Shown: positions 19,884 through 30,186 of the stretch, in pieces | Layout of the letters: each line of letters opens with the position of its first letter | How positions within the stretch are numbered: position 1 is the first letter of the stretch | From: an uncultured Pelagibacteraceae bacterium | GTDB taxonomy: Bacteria > Pseudomonadota > Alphaproteobacteria > Pelagibacterales > Pelagibacteraceae | DNA: 64,000 nt | NCBI GenBank assembly: GCA_902521675.1 | Contig: CABYSP010000003.1 | Location: 4,065-68,064 of the forward strand | Reading direction: 5' to 3' | Position numbers and translations under genes: made by a program | The notes under the pieces: generated by a model | Told to the model about the DNA's origin: nothing | Database searches by the model: none | The model's input: only the letters and a program-made list of their open reading frames with translations

Positions 19884-20530
19884 TCAAAACTATTAAAGCT
19901 TCAAAATCAGAAAAAATTTTATTAATTTTTTTAATTAGTCTTTCAATTTTTACTTTTACATTTTTTTTTTTATTGAAAAGTAAATGTCTATTTGTTGAAA
20001 AAAATAATTTAAGTAAACTTTATTTTAATGATCCAAATAATATTGCAGTAATGAATGTTGAGTGTGGAAATGTAATAATTGAACTTTACCCAGATATTTC
20101 TCCAAAAGCAGTAGAAAGATTTAAAATTTTAATTGATCAAAAAATGTATGATGGTTCTGCTTTTTATAAAGTTTCAGAAAATACTTTTATACAAGCTGGA
20201 GATATTGAGTATGGAAATATAAATAATTTAGATTACTCCAAAATTGGTAGCGGAAAGTCTGGATTAGGATTATTAAAATCTGAACTGAGCAATGATTTTA
20301 AATTTACAGAGGGAAGTGTAGGTTTTGCTAGAGCAACAGAATTTGATACAGAGGATAGTGAATTCTTTATTACATTGAAAGAAATTCCAATTTATCAAGG
20401 CGAGTATACTCCTGTCGGCAAAGTAATTAATGGATTAGATATCTTAAAAAAAATTAAAACAGGTAATAAAACAGTTTATGTTTTAAGACCTGATTATATT
20501 AAATCCTTTAGAATGTTTAATTCTAATTAA
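19880..20530 (+). CDS. membrane-anchored cyclophilin-type peptidyl-prolyl isomerase (divergent)
   Basis: IELYPDISPKAVERF, YDGSAFYKV, QAGD, SEFFITL, YTPVGKVINGLD. Confidence 0.8.
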   Translation: MIKTIKASKSEKILLIFLISLSIFTFTFFFLLKSKCLFVEKNNLSKLYFNDPNNIAVMNVECGNVIIELYPDISPKAVERFKILIDQKMYDGSAFYKVSENTFIQAGDIEYGNINNLDYSKIGSGKSGLGLLKSELSNDFKFTEGSVGFARATEFDTEDSEFFITLKEIPIYQGEYTPVGKVINGLDILKKIKTGNKTVYVLRPDYIKSFRMFNSN

Positions 20531-22745
20531 CCAAAGGTTTACCTGTCGATAATGTGTGTTTAATTCTTTCTTGAGTTTGTTTTGTTTCTATCAATCTCAT
20601 AAAAGAGTCTAGTTCTAATTTATACAGATCATCCTCAGACAATACTTTTTCAATAGTGGTATCTCCACCACTTAAAACGTTTGCAAGCTCAGTTCCAACA
20701 TGCATACCATGATCTAAAATTATCTTTTCGTTATATAATTTCTCTAAAACCTTAATCATTTTATCTTTCAACGATTTTCCAGAAAGCTTAAATTTACACT
20801 CTTCTGGAGGAACAAAATTATTATTTTGACCAATTAAATTTTTTGCTTCCTCAAAAAGACTGTTTCTGTTCATTATTTTTCTATCCTCTGGTCTTAAATA
20901 CTTTAATGGCTCAGCCTCAATTGGAGATGTTGCTGTTTTAGCATAACCAATAATATCAAAAACTTTTAGTGGTGCATAATCTGGATCTGATTTTGCTTCT
21001 TCTGTTTGTGACCATCTCCACAACATTTCTTTACATCCTCCACCTGCTGGAACTAATCCAACAACAGTTTCAACTAATCCAATAACTAAATTTGTGTGTG
21101 AGGCAACAAAATTGCTTTGAACTAAAACTTCAAATCCTCCTCCAAGAGTAAGTCCAGATGGAGCTGATACAACTGGATACTTAGAGTATTTTAGAGTTTT
21201 ACAAGTATCTTGAAAATATTTAATAAATTTTTCAATTGATTTAAAATCACCTTTGTCTGCAAAATTCATAGTGTAGGTTAAATTAACACCCGCTGAAAAT
21301 TGCATGCTTTCATTTATTACTATTAAAGGTTTATCAGTTGCATTTTTCAGTGCATCCATTGAGTCATAATCTAATGCACAAGCTTTTGTTGTAAATTCAA
21401 CAATATTAAAATCATTAAATCTATGAATTTCAGCAGAATTATTTTTATCTGTTTTAATTGCTGATGGTCTTATTTTTCCTAAAGTTTGAATATCTGTATA
21501 AAGTTGTCTTTCACCATAAAAATTTTCATCTTTTGTTTTTGATAAATTTTCTAAAAATTTATTATTTTCAAAGTTATCAACTCTTTCAAAGAAATTCTTA
21601 ACCCCTATAGATCTTAACATTTCAAAAGGGCCCATCGCCCAGTTAAAACCTAATCTCATAGCTTCATCAATATCATTAAACTTATCTGTAATTCCTGGAA
21701 CAAGTGAAGATGCATATTTAATTATTTTTGAAATCACAATCCAAGCGTATTCACCAAACTTATCTTTTCGATTAATTAAATTGTTAATATCAACAGTCTC
21801 TATTCCCAAATCTATTTTTTTTGTTGCTGCATAATCTCCTGTTTCTAAATTAATTGCTTCTAAAATTTTTTGATCTCTATTTTTGTTCATTCTATAAAAG
21901 CCACCTTTTCCTTTACGACCTGTATAGCCTGTCTCAATTAATTTTTTGACCAAAGGAATTTCTTTTGCAACAATTTGAAATTCGTCTTTTTCTGAAAGCT
22001 CCTTAATAAAGCTTTTTAATACATCAGCCATCAAATCAATCCCAATTAAATCGTATAATCCAAATACTCCTGTTTTTGGTATTCCCATCGGTCTACCAAA
22101 AACTGCATCAGCTTCTTCTATTGAAAGTTTCATTTTGAATGCTTCTGTCATAGCAACTTGCATTGCATAAACACCAATTCTATTACCTAGAAAACCTGGG
22201 GTATCGTTGCAAACTATAGCTCCCTTACCAAGCTCTACTTCACAAAATTTCTTTAAAGAATTTATTTTATTTAAATCGTTATTTTCGTTTTTAACAATTT
22301 CTAACAATCCCATGTATCTGACTGGATTAAAAAAGTGAGTTATACAAAAATCTTTTTTTTCTTCGTCTGTTAGTTTTTCTGATAAAACTTTAATTGGAAT
22401 TGATGATGTATTTGATGAAACAATTGCACCTTTTTTTCTATTTCTAAATATTTTTTCATAAATATTGTGTTTAATATCAATTCTTTCAACTACTGCCTCT
22501 ACAACCCAATCTGCATCCTTTACAACATCAAAATTTTCTTCAATATTTCCAACATTAATATTATTAATTTTACTTTTATCTATTAACAAAGGAGGTCTAG
22601 ATTTATGAATTCTTTCTCTAGCTTTTTCGCTGATTTCAGTTGTCAAATCTAAAAGAGTAACTGGTATACCTGCATTACATAAATGAGCAGCTATGCCACT
22701 TCCCATTGTACCAGAACCAATAACAACAACTTTTTTTATTTCCAT
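20523..22745 (-). CDS. 3-hydroxyacyl-CoA dehydrogenase / enoyl-CoA hydratase family (FadN-like)
   Basis: GSGTMGSG, SSNTSSI, HFFNP, PGFLGNRIG; C-terminal crotonase domain (LGGGFE, GLVPAGGG). Confidence 0.9.
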   Translation of the reverse strand: MEIKKVVVIGSGTMGSGIAAHLCNAGIPVTLLDLTTEISEKARERIHKSRPPLLIDKSKINNINVGNIEENFDVVKDADWVVEAVVERIDIKHNIYEKIFRNRKKGAIVSSNTSSIPIKVLSEKLTDEEKKDFCITHFFNPVRYMGLLEIVKNENNDLNKINSLKKFCEVELGKGAIVCNDTPGFLGNRIGVYAMQVAMTEAFKMKLSIEEADAVFGRPMGIPKTGVFGLYDLIGIDLMADVLKSFIKELSEKDEFQIVAKEIPLVKKLIETGYTGRKGKGGFYRMNKNRDQKILEAINLETGDYAATKKIDLGIETVDINNLINRKDKFGEYAWIVISKIIKYASSLVPGITDKFNDIDEAMRLGFNWAMGPFEMLRSIGVKNFFERVDNFENNKFLENLSKTKDENFYGERQLYTDIQTLGKIRPSAIKTDKNNSAEIHRFNDFNIVEFTTKACALDYDSMDALKNATDKPLIVINESMQFSAGVNLTYTMNFADKGDFKSIEKFIKYFQDTCKTLKYSKYPVVSAPSGLTLGGGFEVLVQSNFVASHTNLVIGLVETVVGLVPAGGGCKEMLWRWSQTEEAKSDPDYAPLKVFDIIGYAKTATSPIEAEPLKYLRPEDRKIMNRNSLFEEAKNLIGQNNNFVPPEECKFKLSGKSLKDKMIKVLEKLYNEKIILDHGMHVGTELANVLSGGDTTIEKVLSEDDLYKLELDSFMRLIETKQTQERIKHTLSTGKPLVN

Positions 22746-22781
22746 AAGAACTTCTATACATGAATAAATTATTAGGGTAAA

Positions 22782-23636
22782 TTATCTATTTATTCCTCGT
22801 AATCTTTCAGATCTTCTTCTTAATAATTCAGCACTAATTAAGATTAACGTAGATAAAATAATTAAACATGTAGCTACAGCAAGAATTGTTGGACTTAATT
22901 GCTCCCTTAATCCAGTCCACATCTGTATAGGAATCGTTGTATTTTCTAAACCTGCTAAGAACAGTACTACTACAACTTCATCAAAAGAAGTTACGAAGGC
23001 AAATAAACCTCCAGAAATTACTCCTGGTAATATTAGAGGAAGTGTTATTTTCATAAAAGTGTTTACTGGATTACTACCTAAACTCGAAGCAGCTCTTGTA
23101 ACACTATGGTCAAAACCAGAAAGCGTAGCTGTTACTGTTATAACTACAAATGGTGTACCAAGTATTATATGAGCTAATACAATACCAGTATGGGTGGCTG
23201 CTAAACCAGCTTTTGCCATAAAAAAGAAAATTGCAACACCTGATATAATTAATGGGACAATCATAGGTGAAATTAAAATTGCCATAATCAAACCTTTATA
23301 GGGCATATGTCTACTGCTAAGTCCCAAAGCGGCTAGAGTTCCCAAGATAATTGAACCAATTGTTGCAAAAATTGCTATTATAAAACTATTTTTTGCAGCT
23401 AATCCCCATGGATTTTTAGTTCCATAAATCATTTCATGATACCATCTAAAGGAGAAAGCGTCAGGATCCAGTCTTTTCATTCCATCTGAAAATACTAAAA
23501 ACTCTTCTGCGTTAAATGATAATGGAAAAATCACAAATAACGGAGCAATTAAAAAGAAAAATACAAAAGTGCAAATAGCAATGTATATATAATGCCAAAC
23601 TCTATATCTAGTCTCTGTATAACTTGGTAATGCCAT
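22782..23636 (-). CDS. potC: Pot-type ABC permease
   Basis: EAA-like loop RAASSLG; TSFDEVVV. Confidence 0.85.
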   Translation of the reverse strand: MALPSYTETRYRVWHYIYIAICTFVFFFLIAPLFVIFPLSFNAEEFLVFSDGMKRLDPDAFSFRWYHEMIYGTKNPWGLAAKNSFIIAIFATIGSIILGTLAALGLSSRHMPYKGLIMAILISPMIVPLIISGVAIFFFMAKAGLAATHTGIVLAHIILGTPFVVITVTATLSGFDHSVTRAASSLGSNPVNTFMKITLPLILPGVISGGLFAFVTSFDEVVVVLFLAGLENTTIPIQMWTGLREQLSPTILAVATCLIILSTLILISAELLRRRSERLRGINR

Positions 23637-23638
23637 AA

Positions 23639-24901
23639 TTAACCTAACTTAATATTATCAACTCCAACTAATTTGTTATAAATCCAATAAATTACCAAAA
23701 CTCCAGATAGCAACATTAAACCCATTGCTGATGCAAAACTCCAATCTAATGTAGTTTTCATGTGATATGCAATTTGGTTACTTATCAAGGTACCTGATGC
23801 TCCACCAACTAAAGCTGGAGTGATGTAGTATCCAATTGCTAAAATAAATACTAATAAACATCCTGCACCAATACCTGGTATAGTTAATGGAAAATAAACT
23901 TTCCAAAATGCAACAAATGGTGTTCCACCTAAGGATTTACCTGCTCTCATAAGGCTAGGAGATATTGTTTTCATTACACTGTAGAGTGGAAGAACCATGA
24001 AAGGTAATAGTATTTGTGTCATTGCAACATAAGTACCAACCTTATTATACATCATCTCTGGTCTATTATCATCTCCAACAAGACCTATCATTACAAAGAA
24101 ATCATTTACCACTCCTTGTTGTTGTAACAAAATCATCCAGCTAGCAGTTCTTACTAACAGTGATGTCCAGAAAGGTAATAGAACACATATCATTAAAAGA
24201 TTACTGTATTTCATAGGCAATGTTGCAAGTAAGTGAGCTATTGGATAACCCATTAAAAAACAAAAAACAGTTACAAACAGAGCTATTTCTAAGGTTCTTA
24301 GCCAAAGTATTCTGTGTATTCGTCTGTCCTCATCTACCTGTGCAATACTTCCGTCTGCAGCAAAGTACATATCCATGCCTTTTAAATATTTTGCCATTGT
24401 ATATGGAGGTGCTGTTCGTTTAATCGCTTGCCAGTATTCTACATCTCTCCATCTTTTGTGCACTTTCATAATTTGTTCTTTAATACTTTGGCTTTCATCA
24501 ATTTTATTTCTTTTTATTTGTCTCATTAATTTTTTGGTAATTGAGTTAAAACCATTTTTTTCTTTATTTAATCTTTGACCAAGTTTTCCTTGTGTTTGGT
24601 TTTCAATTAAAACTTTATAGTCTAAATAAAAACCAGTAAAAACATCCTCTGGAGGTAATTCTTTTCCATCCCATTTTTCCATAGCTTTGAAAGTTTTAGG
24701 AAGCATATTTGTAATCATTTTATCATCTACACTTCTTGTAAACATTTCTCCGATTGGAAAAACGTAAGTGATGAATAGAAACAATAGTAAAGGAGCAACA
24801 AGAAGAAATGCTTTTATTTTGTTCTTCTTTTCTGCTTTTTTTAGACTGACTTCAAGCGGAATTCCATCAGTAGTTAGTATCTGTTTAGTTTCTGAGCTCA
24901 T
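23639..24901 (-). CDS. potB: Pot-type ABC permease with large periplasmic insert
   Basis: LLPFWTSLLVRT, LPFMVLPLY, YITPALVGG. Confidence 0.85.
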   Translation of the reverse strand: MSSETKQILTTDGIPLEVSLKKAEKKNKIKAFLLVAPLLLFLFITYVFPIGEMFTRSVDDKMITNMLPKTFKAMEKWDGKELPPEDVFTGFYLDYKVLIENQTQGKLGQRLNKEKNGFNSITKKLMRQIKRNKIDESQSIKEQIMKVHKRWRDVEYWQAIKRTAPPYTMAKYLKGMDMYFAADGSIAQVDEDRRIHRILWLRTLEIALFVTVFCFLMGYPIAHLLATLPMKYSNLLMICVLLPFWTSLLVRTASWMILLQQQGVVNDFFVMIGLVGDDNRPEMMYNKVGTYVAMTQILLPFMVLPLYSVMKTISPSLMRAGKSLGGTPFVAFWKVYFPLTIPGIGAGCLLVFILAIGYYITPALVGGASGTLISNQIAYHMKTTLDWSFASAMGLMLLSGVLVIYWIYNKLVGVDNIKLG

Positions 24902-24931
24902 AAAAAAAGGGCGGTTAGTTAATAACCGCCC
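24902..24931 (-). terminator. terminator/stabilising hairpin between the binding-protein gene and potB
   Basis: Minus strand gggcggtta-ttaac-taaccgccc followed by T7, directly before the potB ATG. Confidence 0.85.
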
Positions 24932-24968
24932 TAAATATATTATATTAATTCAGTGTTTAAAACTGAAA

Positions 24969-26087
24969 TTATAGGCCTGCTTTCATTGCTTCCCATTTTT
25001 CACCGATCTCTGTTCCATTATCTGCCCAGTAGAAAGGATCAACTAAGAAATATTTCTTAGTGTTTGCAGGAGCTGTTGGCATTTGTGGCATCATTTCAGT
25101 TTTACCATCTTTATACCAAGGCTCATTAGCTTTGATTATTTCTAAAGATGATAGTCTGTATGGAGCATATGCAATATACTTCGCGCTACCTGCTAACATT
25201 TCAGTGTTAGTCATCATAGCTAAAGCTTTTTTAGCATTTGCTTCATCTGGTCCACCTTTTACAAGTGCAAAGTATTCATAGTCAAGACCTTGACCGTGCC
25301 ATACTTGTTTAATTGGAGCACCTTCACCTACTTCAGCGTTAAAGAATCTTCCGTTCCAACCAGTTGCCATTACAACTTCACCAGCAACTAATAATTCTGG
25401 TGGTTGAGCACCTGCAGACCAGAATACACATCCACCATTTGGATCTGTACAAAGTTCTTTAATTTTATTCATCGCTCTTTCAACACCACCTTCTTCTTCA
25501 AGTTTTCTATAAAGTAGCTCTCCACCTTTACCCATGTTAACACCATCAGCAGCTAAAGCTATTTCTAGGTTTGTTAAAGCACTTTTGTAAATTGCTCTTT
25601 TACCTGGAAACTTTTTAGTATCAAAAAAGTCTTTAATTGTTTTTGGCTCTTTACCATCGAAAGCTCTTGTATCAAAAGCATAATTCCAAGAATAAAGAAT
25701 ATTTCCTACTGCACACTCACTTGGCATTGGAGCGAAAAAGTCTTTACTTGCAGGTGTTCCGTCTGGAGCTGCAGGGAAGTCTTTATCAAAATCAAATTTA
25801 ACAAATATACCTTCGTCGCAACCATTAATAGTATCAAATGCAAATACATCGATAATATCCCAAGTTATAGCACCCGCTTCTTTTTGTGCTTTGATTTCTG
25901 ACAATCCTCCAGAATAGTCAACCCAGTTTATTTCAATTCCTAGAGCTGCAGCTGTTGGATCACCATACCCTTGTTTTTGAGAGTCTGTATAAGCTCCACC
26001 CCATGATGCTACTGTGACAGCAAAGGCTGAAGAAGTTAAAGACACAACAAAAGAAAGAGTTAGTAATAATTTACTTAATTTTCTCAT
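24969..26087 (-). CDS. potD: PotD-family extracellular solute-binding protein
   Basis: Signal peptide MRKLSKLL...AFA; SWGGAY, WNGRFF; SD ggagga precedes the ATG at 26087 (ORF track start extends too far). Confidence 0.88.
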   Translation of the reverse strand: MRKLSKLLLTLSFVVSLTSSAFAVTVASWGGAYTDSQKQGYGDPTAAALGIEINWVDYSGGLSEIKAQKEAGAITWDIIDVFAFDTINGCDEGIFVKFDFDKDFPAAPDGTPASKDFFAPMPSECAVGNILYSWNYAFDTRAFDGKEPKTIKDFFDTKKFPGKRAIYKSALTNLEIALAADGVNMGKGGELLYRKLEEEGGVERAMNKIKELCTDPNGGCVFWSAGAQPPELLVAGEVVMATGWNGRFFNAEVGEGAPIKQVWHGQGLDYEYFALVKGGPDEANAKKALAMMTNTEMLAGSAKYIAYAPYRLSSLEIIKANEPWYKDGKTEMMPQMPTAPANTKKYFLVDPFYWADNGTEIGEKWEAMKAGL

Positions 26088-26133
26088 TATTCCTCCGTTT
26101 AAACGTTTAATATAAATTAATTTATATAAATAA

Positions 26134-26162
26134 ATTACACCAAAATGGTTATTAAGAGTCAA
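26134..26162 (-). promoter_or_regulatory. sigma70-like internal promoter for the binding-protein gene
   Basis: Minus strand TTGACT-17 nt-TGTAAT. Confidence 0.6.
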
Positions 26163-26208
26163 CAGCTTATAATGATCTAATTTTTGTTATAGTTTAATAA
26201 ATGGGTGT

Positions 26209-27294
26209 TTATTTTGGGTCTAAAGCTCTTGCGTCATAACTATTCCAGCCAATTTTTATTTCTTGGCCCAACTTAAGCTCTAAATTGGATGTGCTGTTTG
26301 GCACTTTTAAAATAAATTCTGGATTACTTAATAAATTTACTCGTACTCGAGTATGATCTCCATGATAAATTACTTCTTCTATCTTGCCACTGAATATATT
26401 GTCCATTTTTTCACTTGGTTCAATTAAAGCTCTTTCTGGCCTTAGAGATACAGTTGTTTTTTCTCCTTTAGATTTTACAGAAATAGCATTAGATAATATT
26501 TCAGCATTTGATAATTTTACTTTACATTTATCACCTGAAATATCTGAAACTTCACCATTAAATGTGTTATTTTCACCTATAAATTCTGCAACGAATGAAT
26601 TTACAGGCTTTTCATAAAGTTCAGCTGGGCTTGATAACTGCTGAACTTTTCCATCATTAAAAACTGCTATTCTATTAGACATTGTTAATGCTTCACTTTG
26701 ATCGTGAGTAACATAAACTACCGTTACTCCTATGCTTTCATGGATATGCTTAATTTCATATTGCATGCTTTCTCTTAAATTTTTATCCAGTGCGCCCAGA
26801 GGCTCATCCATTAAAACAACCGCTGGATCAAATACCAAAGCTCTTGCAACTGCTACTCTTTGTTGTTGACCTCCAGAAAGTTGGGCCGGCATTCTAGTTT
26901 CAAAACCACTCAGTGAAACCATTGACAAAGCTTTGTCAACTTTTTTATCTATTTCATCTTTTTCAACTTTTCTTACTCTTAGTGGGAAAGCCAAGTTTTC
27001 ATAAACTGTCATATGTGGAAATAATGCGTAGTTTTGGAAAACCATTCCGATACCTCTTTTATGAGGAGGGATATTCGAGATTATATTTCCATCTAATAAT
27101 ATCTCACCATGAGTTGGTGTTTCAAAGCCAGCTAACATCATCAAGCATGTTGTTTTACCTGAACCAGATGGACCAAGCATTGTTATAAATTCACCTTCTG
27201 CAATATCTAATTGAAGATCTTTAACGACAAGAACTTTGCCATCATAACTTTTATCTACTTTATCGAATTTTACGAATTCTGGGTTTTTTGACAT
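26209..27294 (-). CDS. potA: Pot-type ABC ATP-binding protein
   Basis: GPSGSGKT, VFQNYALFPH, LSGGQQQR, DEPLGALD; TOBE tail. Confidence 0.92.
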   Translation of the reverse strand: MSKNPEFVKFDKVDKSYDGKVLVVKDLQLDIAEGEFITMLGPSGSGKTTCLMMLAGFETPTHGEILLDGNIISNIPPHKRGIGMVFQNYALFPHMTVYENLAFPLRVRKVEKDEIDKKVDKALSMVSLSGFETRMPAQLSGGQQQRVAVARALVFDPAVVLMDEPLGALDKNLRESMQYEIKHIHESIGVTVVYVTHDQSEALTMSNRIAVFNDGKVQQLSSPAELYEKPVNSFVAEFIGENNTFNGEVSDISGDKCKVKLSNAEILSNAISVKSKGEKTTVSLRPERALIEPSEKMDNIFSGKIEEVIYHGDHTRVRVNLLSNPEFILKVPNSTSNLELKLGQEIKIGWNSYDARALDPK

Positions 27295-27339
27295 AAAGAT
27301 GAATATAAAACATTTGTATAAATATATTTCAATAGCTAA

Positions 27340-28509
27340 TTAACTCTTAATATGGAGCTCTTTTGGAAAATTACAGAATAATTCTGATCCATTCTCCGTT
27401 ACTCTTATAGCCTCAGATGCTTCAACACCCCAATCATCGAACTGCATCACTGCTATCATGTGAAAACAAACATTTGGCTCAAGTACTGTCATATCTCCCT
27501 TATAAATATTAAGAGTATGCTCGCCCCAATCAGGAGGGTAACCAATTCCAATCGAATAACCTGTTCGAGATTTTTTCTGTATCCCATATTTATCCAATAT
27601 TTTCCAAAAACCTTGCGCTACATCATCTGCTGTATTCCCAGGTTTAATTTGATTTATGCCAGCATTTAAAGCTTCAATTGTTTTATTCATTGTATCAATC
27701 TTTAATTGATTGGGTTTTCCAAGCAGAACTGTTCTCGCCATTGGAGCATGATATCTCTTATAAACCCCAGATAATTCAATAATTGTGGCCTCACCTTCCA
27801 CAAATTTATCTTGTGTTGCTGTCAAATGTGAAGCTGAAGTACCTTTTCCTGTCGGAAGTAAAGTTGCAATACTAGAATATTCACCTCCAAATTCTTCTGT
27901 TCCATAAAATAAAGTTTTTTGAATTTCACCAACTGCATCGCACTGTCTGACACCTGGTTTGATAACTTCCATTGCAGTTTTCATTCCTTTTTCAGAAATT
28001 TTTGCAGCAGATTTCATGAAACCTATTTCGGCATCTGATTTTACTAGTCTAGCCCAGTTAACTAAACGATCGCTATCTTTAATTTTTGCATTTGGTAACC
28101 CTTGCTTAATTTTTTCATAACAAAACGCGGTGAAGTAATGTGCATCCATTTCTAGGCCAATGCATAACTTGTCCCATTTTCTTTCTTTTATAATTTCTAC
28201 AAGGTTGTCATAAGGATGTTTTGGCCATGTGTGAATATAATTTTCGTCATAAACTAAAATATTCTCATCCTTTAAATAAGTTTTAATATACGCACCACCT
28301 GCATCTTGAGCCCTTACAAAACATAAAGGCTCATCTACATCTATATGAACAATTGCACATTGTGCATAATAAAAAGACCAAGCATCATAACCTGTTAGGT
28401 AATTCATATTGTTAGTGTCATGTGAGATTAAAAGTTCGATGCCTTTTTCTTGCATCATTTTTTTAACTTTTTTTAATCTTTGCTTGTATTCTTCTTTTGT
28501 GAAAAGCAT
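27340..28509 (-). CDS. doeA: M24 peptidase, ectoine hydrolase DoeA/EutD-like
   Basis: YLTGYDAWSFY, LVNWARLVKS, SASHLT, SRTGYSIGIGYPPDWGEHT. Confidence 0.75.
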   Translation of the reverse strand: MLFTKEEYKQRLKKVKKMMQEKGIELLISHDTNNMNYLTGYDAWSFYYAQCAIVHIDVDEPLCFVRAQDAGGAYIKTYLKDENILVYDENYIHTWPKHPYDNLVEIIKERKWDKLCIGLEMDAHYFTAFCYEKIKQGLPNAKIKDSDRLVNWARLVKSDAEIGFMKSAAKISEKGMKTAMEVIKPGVRQCDAVGEIQKTLFYGTEEFGGEYSSIATLLPTGKGTSASHLTATQDKFVEGEATIIELSGVYKRYHAPMARTVLLGKPNQLKIDTMNKTIEALNAGINQIKPGNTADDVAQGFWKILDKYGIQKKSRTGYSIGIGYPPDWGEHTLNIYKGDMTVLEPNVCFHMIAVMQFDDWGVEASEAIRVTENGSELFCNFPKELHIKS

Positions 28510-29255
28510 TAATTTTCTTTAAATAATTTACCAAATCCTTCGACAGAATTATTTTTATTTATTTTAACAAGAGTATCCCAAATCAAAACCTGGTTGCTAG
28601 ACAAAACTGTAGTATTTAATTTTTTCTCTAACTTATCAATTATTGGTAATACTGGTAAAGCGGTACAAGAAACAAAGAGTACCTCTGCCCCATTCAAATC
28701 TATTTCAGATAGAACATTATATAAATAATTCTGATCAACTTTTCCAATATCATAATCAGATTCTATATCAAAGTAAGAATTTGACGTAACCTCAAATCCT
28801 TCCTCTTCGAAATATTCTAAAACTTCATCGTTAAGTTTTTTGCTATATGGTGTAAATAGACATATTTTATTTACATTTAATTTCTTTAAAGCTTTGATTG
28901 CAGCGGTACTTGGAGTTGTGACTTTTGCCATGGGTTTTGCAGCTTTTATTTTTTTTTTAATAGATTCATAACCTGCAGCAATAGTTCCTGATGTACAACC
29001 ATAAACAACACAATCAATATCCTGATCAGGTAATATATCTTTTGTTACCTCGGTTACTTTGTTTGACATTTTGATCAAATTTTCTTTTGTTAGAGGGTTA
29101 TAGCATTCGATACGATTTACAAAAAAATCAACTTCTCTGTCTTTAATTACGTTTATAAAATCTCTTTCAATCATAAAATCGCTTGCAAGCGCAATAAGTC
29201 CAATTCTTGGATTTGATTTGGTGATATATTTAGGATCTATTTTTGTTGAATTCAT
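28509..29255 (-). CDS. Asp/Glu racemase / maleate isomerase family (EutA-like)
   Basis: YGCTSG, FTPY, FVSCTAL, SSNQ. Confidence 0.8.
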   Translation of the reverse strand: MNSTKIDPKYITKSNPRIGLIALASDFMIERDFINVIKDREVDFFVNRIECYNPLTKENLIKMSNKVTEVTKDILPDQDIDCVVYGCTSGTIAAGYESIKKKIKAAKPMAKVTTPSTAAIKALKKLNVNKICLFTPYSKKLNDEVLEYFEEEGFEVTSNSYFDIESDYDIGKVDQNYLYNVLSEIDLNGAEVLFVSCTALPVLPIIDKLEKKLNTTVLSSNQVLIWDTLVKINKNNSVEGFGKLFKEN

Positions 29256-29313
29256 ATTTTAAAAGGTGAATATATCAGAAGTTCTTTAATAATCATTAAT
29301 ATAAAAAATAGGT

Positions 29314-30186
29314 ATGAATATAAAAGATACTTTCATAGCATCCTTGGTGCCTATTTTTTTGGGCTTTGGTTTTGTTATTGCTAAACCAGCTTTTGAATCT
29401 TTTCCTCCTATTCTTTTAATGGGTATCAGATTTACTTTTGCTGCATCATTATTAATTTGGTGGTTTCCAATACCAAGAGGATATTTAAAAAGAATTTTTG
29501 CTGCATCATTAGTCGCAAATACGTTGCAATATAGTATTACATATACTGGTTTAGATTTAATTGATGCATCTTCAGCAGTTCTTTTGGTTCAGATGGAAGT
29601 TCCGTTTGGAGTTATTTTTGCTTACTTCATGCTTAAAGAAAAACCAACTATTAGAGCTTTGATTGGTATAGCTATCGCATTTGTTGGTGTTTATATTTTA
29701 ACTGGATCTCCTAATTTGGATGGAAAATTTATTGGAATTGGTCTTACAATATTAGGATCTGCTATATGGGCTCTTGGACAAGTTATGGTTAAACCATTAA
29801 GCAAAGAAATAAATCCTTTAGCATTAGTTGCTTGGTTGGCATTATTCTCTGGACCAATATTAGTAATGCTATCTTCAATTATTGACGGAAATACAATTAA
29901 TTATCTAACAAATGCAAAATTTGATCATTGGATTATTGCTATTTATATTGGTTTCATTATGCAACCAATTACATACGGTTGTTTTTATTATGTTTTAAAA
30001 AATAACCCACTTTATAAAGTACTCCCAATTGTTACGATGGGGATACCCCCAACAGGTTTATTAGCTGCTATATTTCTTTTAGGTGAAAAACCAACGCCAG
30101 AATTATTTATAGGTGGTGCAATAATCATAGTTGGTGTGATTTTAATTGTATTTAAAAAAAACAAAAAAGAAGAGGAAACAAAATGA
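29314..30186 (+). CDS. EamA/DMT family transporter
   Basis: About 10 TM helices in two EamA repeats (PPILLMGIRF, LLGEKP). Confidence 0.88.
   Translation: MNIKDTFIASLVPIFLGFGFVIAKPAFESFPPILLMGIRFTFAASLLIWWFPIPRGYLKRIFAASLVANTLQYSITYTGLDLIDASSAVLLVQMEVPFGVIFAYFMLKEKPTIRALIGIAIAFVGVYILTGSPNLDGKFIGIGLTILGSAIWALGQVMVKPLSKEINPLALVAWLALFSGPILVMLSSIIDGNTINYLTNAKFDHWIIAIYIGFIMQPITYGCFYYVLKNNPLYKVLPIVTMGIPPTGLLAAIFLLGEKPTPELFIGGAIIIVGVILIVFKKNKKEEETK

Noticed and set aside
26088-26162. Extended start of the PotD-family ORF
   Set aside because: Region holds the promoter and SD; the signal peptide begins at 26087
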